Virus record (IMG/VR): IMGVR_UViG_3300035211_000002
Coordinates: 1 to 48,927 of that record
DNA: 48,927 nt
Source: a virus
Lineage: Duplodnaviria; Caudoviricetes
Direction: 5' to 3' (one strand)
This document shows positions 29,190 through 38,365 of this stretch, in pieces. The position numbers were made by a program, and so were the translations under genes. Position 1 is the first letter of the stretch, and each line of letters opens with the position of its first letter. The notes under the pieces were generated by a model. That model did not search any database and had not been told where the DNA came from. It saw only the letters and a list, made by a program, of their open reading frames with translations.

Positions 29190-29344
29190 TACTTCTCCTC
29201 ATAAATCCATTCATCGTTACTATCAATATAACCACATTGTCGCATTAAATTAAAACAATCATCCATGTCCAAGTCACCATCAGTAACTAAACAGTAAAGT
29301 TGGTGTGCAAAATATTCTGATACTTCTTCGTAGTCTGTATTCAT
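29189..29344 (-). CDS. 51-aa acidic hypothetical protein (not in ORF track)
   Basis: MNTDYEEVSEYFAHQLY...; first gene after the promoter at 29357-29393. Confidence 0.6.
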   Translation of the reverse strand: MNTDYEEVSEYFAHQLYCLVTDGDLDMDDCFNLMRQCGYIDSNDEWIYEEK

Positions 29345-29356
29345 TTATCCACTCTC

Positions 29357-29393
29357 TATAGTATATTATAACATGTATTTTAATCAATGTAAA
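29357..29393 (-). promoter_or_regulatory. Sigma70-type promoter
   Basis: TTTACA-17bp-TATAAT, extended TG, followed by ATACTATA. Confidence 0.82.
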
Positions 29394-29967
29394 GAGCTAA
29401 CTTGTCTCCATCAAATTCTCGCATAGATATTTCTTCAACAAAACTAGATAGAAATTCTTGATTCAATACATATCCTTTATTACTGTACTTAATTAATCGC
29501 TTGATACTAGCTACTGGATACTCTATAGCCCATAATGTAAGTCGTTTAGTTTTAACATCTCTTACAAATTGCTTAGTAATATAAACATTCCAGCCATCAA
29601 AAGCACAACGACAAACATTAAAATCAAAACTATTTAGTAGATCAGTAACATCTGTATAGTATCTTTTTGTTATTAGCTGTATCTTCAATGTCTTTCCAGA
29701 AATAGGATCAGTTCTCTTTAGTGTGGTTAATTCTTTCTTTGGACACATAAATACAACTTCAAACCCTTTACGCAAAAGCTTACCATAAATCTCTTTTACA
29801 GCTTGCTCTGTTCTAAAGAAAAAATCTAGATCATCTGGTTCTTCATCCGTATTAATTAATGTTCTTAATGCACCACCAGCTAACCACCAGTCTGGTATGT
29901 CACCAAACCAGTGATGCACAGCATTAACAACTTCGCATCGTTCAGGTTTTAAATCTTGAAAATCAAT
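29380..29967 (-). CDS. CCA-adding/poly(A) polymerase-type nucleotidyltransferase (start uncertain)
   Basis: LAGGALR...DDLDFFF, IQLI, LLNSFDFNVC, RLIKY.NKGY. Confidence 0.8.
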   Translation of the reverse strand: MDFQDLKPERCEVVNAVHHWFGDIPDWWLAGGALRTLINTDEEPDDLDFFFRTEQAVKEIYGKLLRKGFEVVFMCPKKELTTLKRTDPISGKTLKIQLITKRYYTDVTDLLNSFDFNVCRCAFDGWNVYITKQFVRDVKTKRLTLWAIEYPVASIKRLIKYSNKGYVLNQEFLSSFVEEISMREFDGDKLALYID

Positions 29968-31726
29968 GGACCTCAAGCCAGTTCTCCCCAATTTTGTACC
30001 CAGCAGCAAGAGGACATCTAAGTTTAAAGTGCAGGCCAGCTTCAACAATACTATCTGACACTACCTTACCTACTTCCTCTGCGTTCTCTGGGTCGCACTC
30101 TACTACGAATTCGTCATGTACAATAGCACAATTAATAAATGGTATCCTTCTCCTTCTTAATTCTTCAAACCATATAGTGTACGCCTTCTTCATAATGATT
30201 GCTTCACCACTCTGTAGATACGCAGTCAGTGCTAGATGATCAGACGGTACAGGTACTTTACGTCCGTCAATACCACGGAACCAACCCTGTTGTGCGTGTC
30301 TACGTTTGCGTATCATTAGTTCTTTGAGGCCGGGAGTCTTCTCAATGTACGCATCCTTAGCCTGCTTACCGATCTTCTTGGCTACGTCTAGAGGACGTGT
30401 ATAGTCTAGAATAAGTCCAGCTTTTTCATCACCTGCACCAAGTACGAAGGCGTACGAGAACGTCTTACTAATCTCTCTAGCAGTACAACCGTACGGTTCC
30501 AAGGTATGCTTCCAGTTAAACGTATGTATATCTTCACCTGTCTTCTTGTCAGCAACCACCATCCTAGTGTACTCAGGATTATTAATATGGTGAGCTAGGA
30601 CGCGTAGCTGAATACCATCTGCATCAGAACCAACTAGAACTTTACCAGGTGCAGCACACCACAACTTCCTGCACTCTTCACCCAGTACTTGAGGATTACC
30701 CTTACGATCTAGCTTGGCTGGAATGTTAGCAGTGTTAGGGTTATTATGAGACATACGCTGTGACCACGCACCGATACCAAACACTGTGCCGTGTACTCTG
30801 TTGTCCGGTCCTGTATTGTCTAGCCAATTCTGTATATTCTTAGCTCTACTATTCAACACCATCCATTGCTTAAGCTTATGAGCAGACTGAGGTGCGTCAT
30901 CACTCAGAGTGTTAAGATTTTCTTCACAAACTTTAGGGCTTTTCTTTGGTGTGAATACGTACGGTTTCCAGTACGGCTTTAGTCTTTCAACAATTTGGGT
31001 CGGAGAAGCGGGATTAAACTCCACAATACTAATGCGATTAAAGGGACTACCTTTAGTATACCCAAGTCGTCGATCAGCCCTAGTAGGAATAAACAAACCG
31101 CAATCGCTAACAACAGGTTTAAACTCATTTAACATCTCCTTCTTAAGTTTAGCTGTCTCTTGGTTGCAATACGCTAGTAGCTTCTCTGCTTCCTCAACAT
31201 TAAGATAGAAGCCGTCTCTCTTCTGTACGTATAGTATGTACGCTACCTGATGTTCAAGATCAATACACTCGGGACTAAATCCTTTAGACTCTTTGATTAA
31301 CTCCTTGCGTACGTCACAATTAATATCAACATCAGTATCGCAACGGTGTAGCATAGCTTCCGAATAGTTTTGCCAGTCTTCATGGTGTACCTTTTGCTGT
31401 TTACCTAGTCTCTTACCCCATGCCTCTAGGCTGTGCCCACCAATCCTATCATATTTAAACAGACGACTAAGAACCAAAGTGTCACGGATGATCCCAATAG
31501 GAATGTTGCAGCCAAGAACACGGTTAAGAACAGGAGCATCATAGCTGATAAAGTTGTGGCCCCAAACCTCAGTAAGCTGCCTAGAAAATTCTTTAAACTC
31601 ATGAATGTTATCCGGTGTAAAATAATGTTTCTTATTATTGGTTAGATCTTTTACAACGACGCAGTGTACCTTGGTTACATTCCATGGCTCCAGTGCATTA
31701 GCTTCACAATCAATTACTGCTTTCAT
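29963..31726 (-). CDS. polA: DNA polymerase, family A, with 3'-5' exonuclease
   Basis: DCE, GHN...YD and DTL exonuclease motifs; motif A DADGIQLR, motif B REISKTFSYAF, motif C VHDE. Confidence 0.95.
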   Translation of the reverse strand: MKAVIDCEANALEPWNVTKVHCVVVKDLTNNKKHYFTPDNIHEFKEFSRQLTEVWGHNFISYDAPVLNRVLGCNIPIGIIRDTLVLSRLFKYDRIGGHSLEAWGKRLGKQQKVHHEDWQNYSEAMLHRCDTDVDINCDVRKELIKESKGFSPECIDLEHQVAYILYVQKRDGFYLNVEEAEKLLAYCNQETAKLKKEMLNEFKPVVSDCGLFIPTRADRRLGYTKGSPFNRISIVEFNPASPTQIVERLKPYWKPYVFTPKKSPKVCEENLNTLSDDAPQSAHKLKQWMVLNSRAKNIQNWLDNTGPDNRVHGTVFGIGAWSQRMSHNNPNTANIPAKLDRKGNPQVLGEECRKLWCAAPGKVLVGSDADGIQLRVLAHHINNPEYTRMVVADKKTGEDIHTFNWKHTLEPYGCTAREISKTFSYAFVLGAGDEKAGLILDYTRPLDVAKKIGKQAKDAYIEKTPGLKELMIRKRRHAQQGWFRGIDGRKVPVPSDHLALTAYLQSGEAIIMKKAYTIWFEELRRRRIPFINCAIVHDEFVVECDPENAEEVGKVVSDSIVEAGLHFKLRCPLAAGYKIGENWLEVH

Positions 31727-31959
31727 TTGAAGTGCATAGTTTTATGAACATCTAGTTTCAGTCGCCCATCTCTATTACTGCCACAAGAAGGCTGTACAAC
31801 ATAAACATAATCATATGAATCTGTAACTTCAACTGCACAGAATACATTATTTTGTTTACACAATCTAACTAGTTCATCTGCTTTATTAGTAAATTCAATA
31901 TACTTAAATTCAACCTCTTTTTTTAATTGTAAAATATATTCTTCAGTATCTTTATACAT
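31723..31959 (-). CDS. Hypothetical protein
   Basis: GAGG RBS; ATGA overlap with the polymerase start. Confidence 0.6.
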   Translation of the reverse strand: MYKDTEEYILQLKKEVEFKYIEFTNKADELVRLCKQNNVFCAVEVTDSYDYVYVVQPSCGSNRDGRLKLDVHKTMHFK

Positions 31960-31960
31960 A

Positions 31961-32101
31961 TCATCCTCTCAATGTTTGTTCCATGTCTAGCTCAGCATCC
32001 TTCTCTGTCTCGAAAGGACCGTGCCGTCTACCTGTAGTGTCATCAAACCAAAACCATTTACCTTCTTCTATGACTGGATTATCTTTCCACCATTGTTTCA
32101 T
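31961..32101 (-). CDS. 46-aa hypothetical protein (not in ORF track)
   Basis: MKQWWKDNP...WFWF...HGPFETEKDAE. Confidence 0.6.
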   Translation of the reverse strand: MKQWWKDNPVIEEGKWFWFDDTTGRRHGPFETEKDAELDMEQTLRG

Positions 32102-32117
32102 TCTTTCTTTTTGCTTG

Positions 32118-33809
32118 TCACTTAATACCACTGTATAATTCCTCTATTTCTTCATCGAATTCACTTAGACGCCCTGTTCCGTGGTCATATTTTAAAGGTA
32201 CCACATTACCAGTAGCACTGCCTGTATTTCGATCTTTCAAACAGCGAATGTGCCTAATATTACGTTCATCAGGATCATCAGCCTGCATGTTACCCTCTAT
32301 TGAAAAGACAAAGTTTGACCTTTGTTTAATGGCACCGCTGCCGTACATATCATCCAATGTGACTCTCCCACCTTCTTCCGCTGGCTTACCTGTAGCTTTT
32401 CGCAAATGGCTGATAAGGAATAGTGAGAAATCTTTGGATTGAAGTAATCGATTAAGTTCTTCCATAATGTAGTGACACTTAGCATTCACGTCTCCTTCTT
32501 TACCTTCTGCCATAGCAGTAATATGATCCAAGAAAATGTATTCGCACCCAAGAGCAGTGACAAAGTATTCTATCTTCTCCTTGATATTCTCAAAGTCAGA
32601 CATACCCTGATGGTTATAGATAACAGATAGGTCCGCAATCTTGTCTAGGTGAGGCGCAGAACGACGCTCAGTACCGTCCATGTCCACGTCTTCAAGATAG
32701 ATACGTTTGTTAATGTCCTTACCTACAAGACACTGAATGGTGCGCTCAGGCGGCTCCTCTAGCATAATGAAGCCACAACGCTTATCATGGTTGACCATCA
32801 GATCGTACCCAATCTCCTTGAACACCTCTGTCTTACCTGATGCAGTACCACCGCCAAAGGTCCAGAGTTCATGCTTACGAATACCATGTGTCTTACCAGA
32901 TAGTGTATCCCAACAAATAGGTACACCCTTAGTAGGTACAGCGAACAGCGCGTCTAAGAATGCTTTACCAGTAATGATACCGTCTGGTGTGTATAAGTCT
33001 GCTTGCCACCACTCATTAACAAAGTCTTTATGCTGGAACTTCTCAAGATACTCTGCTGCGTCCTTCCCCTTGGCTAGCCTCATGATCTTGGCCTTACCGG
33101 GAAACAGCTTAGCGATAGGTTTTACTGCGGACTGACCAGCAGCATCATTATCAAGACATACAACGATAGTACCAAAAGAATTAAGATACTCAAAATTATC
33201 TTTGACTGCTCGAATAGCATTCTTGTCAGCACCGTCAGGAACACTAACAACAGGATAGCGGGAGCCCAATAGCTCATAAGCAGCGAGAGCGTCATCTTCT
33301 CCTTCTACTAGTGTGATAGCTTTGGCAGAGCCCTTACCAAACAGAGACTGACCAAACAACTGTACCTTACTACCACCACGCCCAGCAGTCCATGAGTACG
33401 GAGCGTTAGTTGGTTTGATACCATTCTTCTTCTGTCGTTTAGCTTCACAGTCTTTAGTCTTAACTAAGCTAGTGCCGTCTATAGTTTGATATGGATAGTA
33501 GCGGTGAGTGATGATACCTTTATTCTTCTTCACTGTCACACCAAATTTGCGACACGTCTCAAGGGAGATGTTACGATCATCAAGTTTACTGTACTCACCT
33601 GAAGGTAGGATTACGTTGGTGTCTTTAGGGGCTTGGACTTCTTCGTCATCGTCCATATAGTTATTGTCCTCTTGGTTGTTTAAACTTCTAGGAGGAAAGA
33701 ATTTTTGGCCACACTTATGGCTGAAGCACTTGCCATGCCCATCTGAGTAGAAGGCAAAGGCATCACTATTACCACAAGGGCAGCGTTGGTCTGTACCTAC
33801 TGTGTACAT
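32118..33809 (-). CDS. Primase-helicase (T7 gp4-like)
   Basis: Zn-binding CPC..SDA...CFS..C, TOPRIM EGEDD/DND, Walker A GGTASGKT, LDHI, ISHL, KDRNTG. Confidence 0.95.
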   Translation of the reverse strand: MYTVGTDQRCPCGNSDAFAFYSDGHGKCFSHKCGQKFFPPRSLNNQEDNNYMDDDEEVQAPKDTNVILPSGEYSKLDDRNISLETCRKFGVTVKKNKGIITHRYYPYQTIDGTSLVKTKDCEAKRQKKNGIKPTNAPYSWTAGRGGSKVQLFGQSLFGKGSAKAITLVEGEDDALAAYELLGSRYPVVSVPDGADKNAIRAVKDNFEYLNSFGTIVVCLDNDAAGQSAVKPIAKLFPGKAKIMRLAKGKDAAEYLEKFQHKDFVNEWWQADLYTPDGIITGKAFLDALFAVPTKGVPICWDTLSGKTHGIRKHELWTFGGGTASGKTEVFKEIGYDLMVNHDKRCGFIMLEEPPERTIQCLVGKDINKRIYLEDVDMDGTERRSAPHLDKIADLSVIYNHQGMSDFENIKEKIEYFVTALGCEYIFLDHITAMAEGKEGDVNAKCHYIMEELNRLLQSKDFSLFLISHLRKATGKPAEEGGRVTLDDMYGSGAIKQRSNFVFSIEGNMQADDPDERNIRHIRCLKDRNTGSATGNVVPLKYDHGTGRLSEFDEEIEELYSGIK

Positions 33810-33982
33810 TAATAACCTAGTCTTTGCATCTCTGTATGTTCTTTATACGCCTCGCATGCTTCACACAAATGAGGTTTGTCTTCATGTTTAAAGCCATGCG
33901 CAATGATTGTATTGCACTCATCACACAACAAAGCACCTTGCCCATTGTTCCATCTAACATCAGCGTATTTATATTTAGTCAT
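33809..33982 (-). CDS. 57-aa Zn-finger protein (not in ORF track)
   Basis: WNNGQGALLCDEC...CEAC; TAATG overlap with the primase gene. Confidence 0.7.
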   Translation of the reverse strand: MTKYKYADVRWNNGQGALLCDECNTIIAHGFKHEDKPHLCEACEAYKEHTEMQRLGY

Positions 33983-34163
33983 CACCTAGCTCCTCAACGT
34001 TGAGGTCTACAAGTATATTGTAATCCATATCAGGGTCAATGTCAAGTAGGTCTTCTTCAATTGCTGAGGAACAGTGTTCACAGATAGGCTCAAACTTATC
34101 AATGTGAGGATTGTATTTAACTTCAGCTTGCTTCACTTCGGCATCGCAAATCATACATCTCAT
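33975..34163 (-). CDS. Small Zn-finger protein with acidic tail
   Basis: MRCMICD...CEHC; AAGGA RBS. Confidence 0.7.
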   Translation of the reverse strand: MRCMICDAEVKQAEVKYNPHIDKFEPICEHCSSAIEEDLLDIDPDMDYNILVDLNVEELGDD

Positions 34164-34194
34164 TATCTAACATCCTTCTTAAGTGGGCCTGTTG

Positions 34195-34300
34195 TAGTAC
34201 TATATAGTTTCTCTAAGAGACACTACTTAGTAGTAAGATATTTATTATATTAAATATCTTTAACAACTAAGAGATACTATTAAGTAATACTATATAGTAT
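34195..34300. repeat. AT-rich palindrome array, candidate replication origin
   Basis: TACTATATAGT x2, TCTCTAAGAGA, ACTACTTAGTAGT, 10-bp inverted repeat 34235-34260. Confidence 0.6.
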
Positions 34301-34329
34301 ATTATACTACGTATTTTTGTGCATGTCAA
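34293..34329 (-). promoter_or_regulatory. Consensus sigma70 promoter for replication genes
   Basis: TTGACA-17bp-TATAAT followed by ATACTATA. Confidence 0.9.
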
Positions 34330-34337
34330 GTATAAAA

Positions 34338-34700
34338 TTACCTATCCTCGTCCTCTTCAGGTTTAGCGTATCTATCCTTACAATCTGCCTCTTTGAACCT
34401 AGTGATACCGCACTTCCACCACAGTTTGATCTTAGTTTCATGGTGGTTCCCTTTCATATGTGATGTACTCTTGAAGCCACAATCTTCTAGTGCCTCTTCA
34501 CCAGATACCTGATCATCGTTAGTAAAGGCGATAGCAATATTAATACCACTAGCCTTCAATCCCTGAAGCTTTTTAATCAGCTCTTTCTTGTGACCTTTAT
34601 ATGTATTTGGCTGTCCGCCTCTGTAACTTACATTTTCACCATTACCAAAGCCGTAGATGACACGAGCACCACAACAATTAGCTATATCAGCCGTATACAT
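34338..34700 (-). CDS. Hypothetical protein
   Basis: CCGA..I.GFG...Q...E.AL..CGF pattern; GGAG RBS. Confidence 0.7.
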   Translation of the reverse strand: MYTADIANCCGARVIYGFGNGENVSYRGGQPNTYKGHKKELIKKLQGLKASGINIAIAFTNDDQVSGEEALEDCGFKSTSHMKGNHHETKIKLWWKCGITRFKEADCKDRYAKPEEDEDR

Positions 34701-35131
34701 TACACTTCTCCTACGATATCATAATGCGACAACGGCAATCTAGTCTTACCATTTGCTTTATACGCAATCACATTATTATAATTGTTAACAACTCCAAGAA
34801 AAGGCGCGCTACTAGAATCAGCTAGAGGTATTTTAGTCTTATCATAATAGATATATACTTTACTACCATTAATAGTTTTGTAATGCTTACCTACTTCTAG
34901 TTCAATCTCAACATCGTTATAGACACGAGAACCTTGTAAGAAAACTTCACCATAACTATTCATAAAACGAACAACCGGCCAACTGACTATGACAGTCTTG
35001 AAACAGATAGGGTATCCAGGAATATTGCAGTCTTTAGTATCTATAATTTCTACAGGTTGCCTACAGCCAGCCACAAGATAGTATAAGGGTTTATTCAAAT
35101 CAAGAATTTTGTATTCCATTTTATTCTCCAA
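34700..35131 (-). CDS. Hypothetical protein (similar to 38366-38731)
   Basis: LDLNK...PVEII.T.....YPI motif. Confidence 0.65.
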   Translation of the reverse strand: MENKMEYKILDLNKPLYYLVAGCRQPVEIIDTKDCNIPGYPICFKTVIVSWPVVRFMNSYGEVFLQGSRVYNDVEIELEVGKHYKTINGSKVYIYYDKTKIPLADSSSAPFLGVVNNYNNVIAYKANGKTRLPLSHYDIVGEV

Positions 35132-35933
35132 TCAATTTTGTGAATGCTTCTACGTATTTGCCAAGTGTTGTCCCGACCAAACCGGGAGCAGTGTTAATCT
35201 CTAGTACGTATGCTTGGTCATGCCGCTTGTTCCATATCACATCTACTGCACCAAAGTTAAGACCTATTGCATTGAATGCTCTAAGTGCTTGATCCGTAAC
35301 ACATTCTGGTACTTCAATGTCATTAATCTGATAGATAAAACCACCATCGAGATTACGTACTTGCCAGTTTACTTCTTCATCTGGTACGTCCTGCTTCCTA
35401 GCCTTACGTTGGATGTGAATTACTTCACCATTAACAATGTGTACTCTGAACTCCTCCTTCTTAGGAATGTACTTGACATATAGTGGTGCTTCACCAACAA
35501 CATCGGGTGTATTGCTAAATACAATGCCTTCACCACTATGGCCTGTCAACTTGTGGCGTTCTAGAATATTGTGACCTTCATTTAGCCACTGCTCAGCAAC
35601 AGCAATATCAGTAGTAAATTCAGGAATGTTTATGTCCTCATCTACATCAAGATGATCCACTACTCTGTTATGCTCCTTGATACCATAAAAGAAATCAAGC
35701 TTATTGGTACATCTTGCTACATCCCCAGGATTATTTAGAAGTCTTGCAGTCATACCCATAAATCGTTGAGGTATAAAGTTAAGGTTACTAGCACCCCAGT
35801 TAATTATATAATCAGTAGGCTTGCTAACGTACCTACTATTTTCTAACTTAATACACTTAGCCCCTAGTGCAGTAGCCAATGCTTTAGCTGACTGTGATCC
35901 TGCCTTATAAGGGTATACAAAAACTCTAGCCAT
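35121..35933 (-). CDS. ATP-grasp peptide ligase (phiEco32-type)
   Basis: IINWG, GHSGEGI, YVKYIPKKEEFRVH, FGAVDV, VLEINTAPG. Confidence 0.9.
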   Translation of the reverse strand: MARVFVYPYKAGSQSAKALATALGAKCIKLENSRYVSKPTDYIINWGASNLNFIPQRFMGMTARLLNNPGDVARCTNKLDFFYGIKEHNRVVDHLDVDEDINIPEFTTDIAVAEQWLNEGHNILERHKLTGHSGEGIVFSNTPDVVGEAPLYVKYIPKKEEFRVHIVNGEVIHIQRKARKQDVPDEEVNWQVRNLDGGFIYQINDIEVPECVTDQALRAFNAIGLNFGAVDVIWNKRHDQAYVLEINTAPGLVGTTLGKYVEAFTKLIGE

Positions 35934-36946
35934 TATCTGTCATCTCTTTCTGCTCTAATTCGTGCTTGTGCTCGCGCCCAGTCCATCGGTGGTTGTGGCA
36001 CTGCATCATCTACAACATATTGAACATTCATCCTGTGTAATCCACCTGGACGTGGTACTAATCCAACTTCCTCAATCTCATTCTCTATCGCGTCAGCTAT
36101 TACATAATTTGATTTACTCTTAGGTTGTGCCGGTAGTGTGTACTTGAATGCAATATCCTGTACGTTCCATACACCACGCTGTACACGGTCCTGCCAGTCT
36201 GGTACACGCCTAATAAGATTACTTGTTACGTTACCAAAGATGTATGTCATAAACAGCTTAGGACCCATACTACTCAGAGATTCCATAATCTCCTTAGGCT
36301 CTTTGAATTTAATAGCCGCGTCTTTAAGCATCAGCAGTACGCTAACCCAATGACAGATGATAGCTTTGTCAATAGTGCCACGCATAGACCGAAACTCTAG
36401 TGATCCGTACTTAGGCATGGCAGCTAGATTAATGGCTGAGTATCTGAGATCACGACTAGCAAATTGTCCCCAATTCTTGGTGGTAATTACAGACTTAATC
36501 ATACTAAGTAGGTACTCTGCATCCGAAGCTGAGAGACAGAAGTTGTTACCTTTACGTCCCGGTCCACACTGTTCAATCAGTACATCTTCGAAGATCAAGT
36601 ACAGTAGGATGTAGTTAAGTGCTTGTGTCCTAGTCAACTCCTGAACATTAATATGAACATGCACACTAGTGCGCTCACTCTCTACAACTTGTGTGTCGTT
36701 GGCTGCAAACTTACGATTGAGATAGTCTAGTACTTGTTCAACCTTTTCACGAGGTACAGGCTTACTTAATACGTACTCAGCAGACTCACCGGGCCTGCCG
36801 TTGTGGCCAGCTAGACTACCATCTTCTTCCTTGCGCCAGTAAGTAGGTAGTACTCTAAACCCACTACCCTCTACTTCGATCTCTAGCCCTACCTCACCCT
36901 CTTGTTTCTGTACTCGGTAGGTTTCCAAAATAGTACTATCAGACAT
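35933..36946 (-). CDS. Amidoligase (COOH-NH2 ligase family)
   Basis: GLEIEVEG, DGSL, EYV, SVHVHIN, RYSAIN, LEFR. Confidence 0.88.
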   Translation of the reverse strand: MSDSTILETYRVQKQEGEVGLEIEVEGSGFRVLPTYWRKEEDGSLAGHNGRPGESAEYVLSKPVPREKVEQVLDYLNRKFAANDTQVVESERTSVHVHINVQELTRTQALNYILLYLIFEDVLIEQCGPGRKGNNFCLSASDAEYLLSMIKSVITTKNWGQFASRDLRYSAINLAAMPKYGSLEFRSMRGTIDKAIICHWVSVLLMLKDAAIKFKEPKEIMESLSSMGPKLFMTYIFGNVTSNLIRRVPDWQDRVQRGVWNVQDIAFKYTLPAQPKSKSNYVIADAIENEIEEVGLVPRPGGLHRMNVQYVVDDAVPQPPMDWARAQARIRAERDDR

Positions 36947-37586
36947 TTAGTTTTACTCCATAGTTAGTCAACATTTCTTTAAAGTAACTATGGTGAACAC
37001 CGAGTTTAAATACTTTCTTATCATCACCATAAGCAATAGGTTCTGTTTTGTACAACAACTTAGTAATACCTAGACCATCTAAGGACAGAGAAAGATAACG
37101 ATTAAATGCAATGGACGGATTATATCCGAGGTCAGCATTCTTATCTAGTACCTTATCCAATTTATCAACAGCTTCTTCGAATGTTGGGTAGTCATCAAGC
37201 AGGCATTTCTTTAGCGGCTCGCCCATCCATCTCTGCCAATCTAACCTCATGTGGTCGCTATCAAAATTAAGATGTACTACACCTCTACTCAACCCTTTAC
37301 GCCATTGACGATAAGGCATACGACTAACGTAGCATGCACGGTCATTAATCTGCACGTAGCCGAGCTTGAAGTTGTCCCAACGAAAGTCTTCATCTAGTGC
37401 TGCCTGCTTAACTATATCTCCTACATCGCCATCTCTCCACCATTTACGCAGGTTATCTAGGGATACATACTTAATACGTATATCGTCATCTCTACCCCAA
37501 ACATTAGTTACGTATACTGGTTCGTCTTTATAAAAGATCACACACTCATTCAGTGCACTGTGTGCGTCACGCAATGTTAGGAACAC
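36939..37586 (-). CDS. Hypothetical protein of the ligase cluster
   Basis: LGYV.....YVSRMP.RQW..GL motif; embedded between two ligases. Confidence 0.7.
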   Translation of the reverse strand: MFLTLRDAHSALNECVIFYKDEPVYVTNVWGRDDDIRIKYVSLDNLRKWWRDGDVGDIVKQAALDEDFRWDNFKLGYVQINDRACYVSRMPYRQWRKGLSRGVVHLNFDSDHMRLDWQRWMGEPLKKCLLDDYPTFEEAVDKLDKVLDKNADLGYNPSIAFNRYLSLSLDGLGITKLLYKTEPIAYGDDKKVFKLGVHHSYFKEMLTNYGVKLNV

Positions 37587-38364
37587 AAATAAACTCCCTA
37601 TCTATAATAGTCTTAGCTTTATCAACATCGGATGTGTTAATGATATCTTGGATGTCACCGTACTTATCTTCCAGTCGCTTACCATCACACAGTTCTTCGT
37701 ATGCTTGCTTAGTATTCCTGTACACCCAGCGTGTCAAGTTTTCTGACCTACACCATACATTGCTAAGCACACGATATTCAAGGCCGTACGGCTTAGCTCT
37801 AAATGCACCAGCTCTACCGTACATCTCACGACGTTTAGTATCCTTATCGTACAACAGAGAAGGTAGACCAAGATAGAAGTCAAGCTGCCTAGCTAGAGTA
37901 GCACAATCAATAATCCAATCAATGTCACATGTGTCAGCATTCTCTGTCCACCCCACATGCACATGGCCAGCAGCAGTGCGAAAGTTATTGGTAGGATTAG
38001 GGGGATGATTAGCGCTGATAGACCACGCATTCATGTCAGGATCACAACCTAGTACCTTAGCTTCAGGTGGCTGCTCTGCCATGTACTCATCTGTAAACTC
38101 AGCAACAGGGTCAAACACCAAGTCGTAGCCTGTCACCATGCGCTTTAGATGAGACGTAACTTCAGTGATATTACCAACAAATGCATCCTCATCTTCGGCG
38201 GGATCAATGTTGAACTCAAGAGCCATACCATCAACCTGCACCGCACCTTTAGCAACCGGAAAAGGAGCCTGTTTAGTACCGGGGATAAGCCCGTAGCCGG
38301 ATACAAACGCACCATGATTAGGGTTCCTTACAAATAGTTCTGGATCACAACCAATAGTCAACAT
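37567..38364 (-). CDS. Phage COOH-NH2 ligase type 2 (phiEco32-like)
   Basis: IGCDPELF, QVDGMALEFNI, GCDPD, AAGHVHVG, RREMYG.AG.FR.KPYG.EYR.LSN.W. Confidence 0.92.
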   Translation of the reverse strand: MLTIGCDPELFVRNPNHGAFVSGYGLIPGTKQAPFPVAKGAVQVDGMALEFNIDPAEDEDAFVGNITEVTSHLKRMVTGYDLVFDPVAEFTDEYMAEQPPEAKVLGCDPDMNAWSISANHPPNPTNNFRTAAGHVHVGWTENADTCDIDWIIDCATLARQLDFYLGLPSLLYDKDTKRREMYGRAGAFRAKPYGLEYRVLSNVWCRSENLTRWVYRNTKQAYEELCDGKRLEDKYGDIQDIINTSDVDKAKTIIDREFICVPNIA

Positions 38365-38365
38365 A

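Noticed and set aside
29963-33809. Introns or inteins in polymerase or helicase
   Set aside because: Both ORFs are continuous and compact, with no intein-like termini
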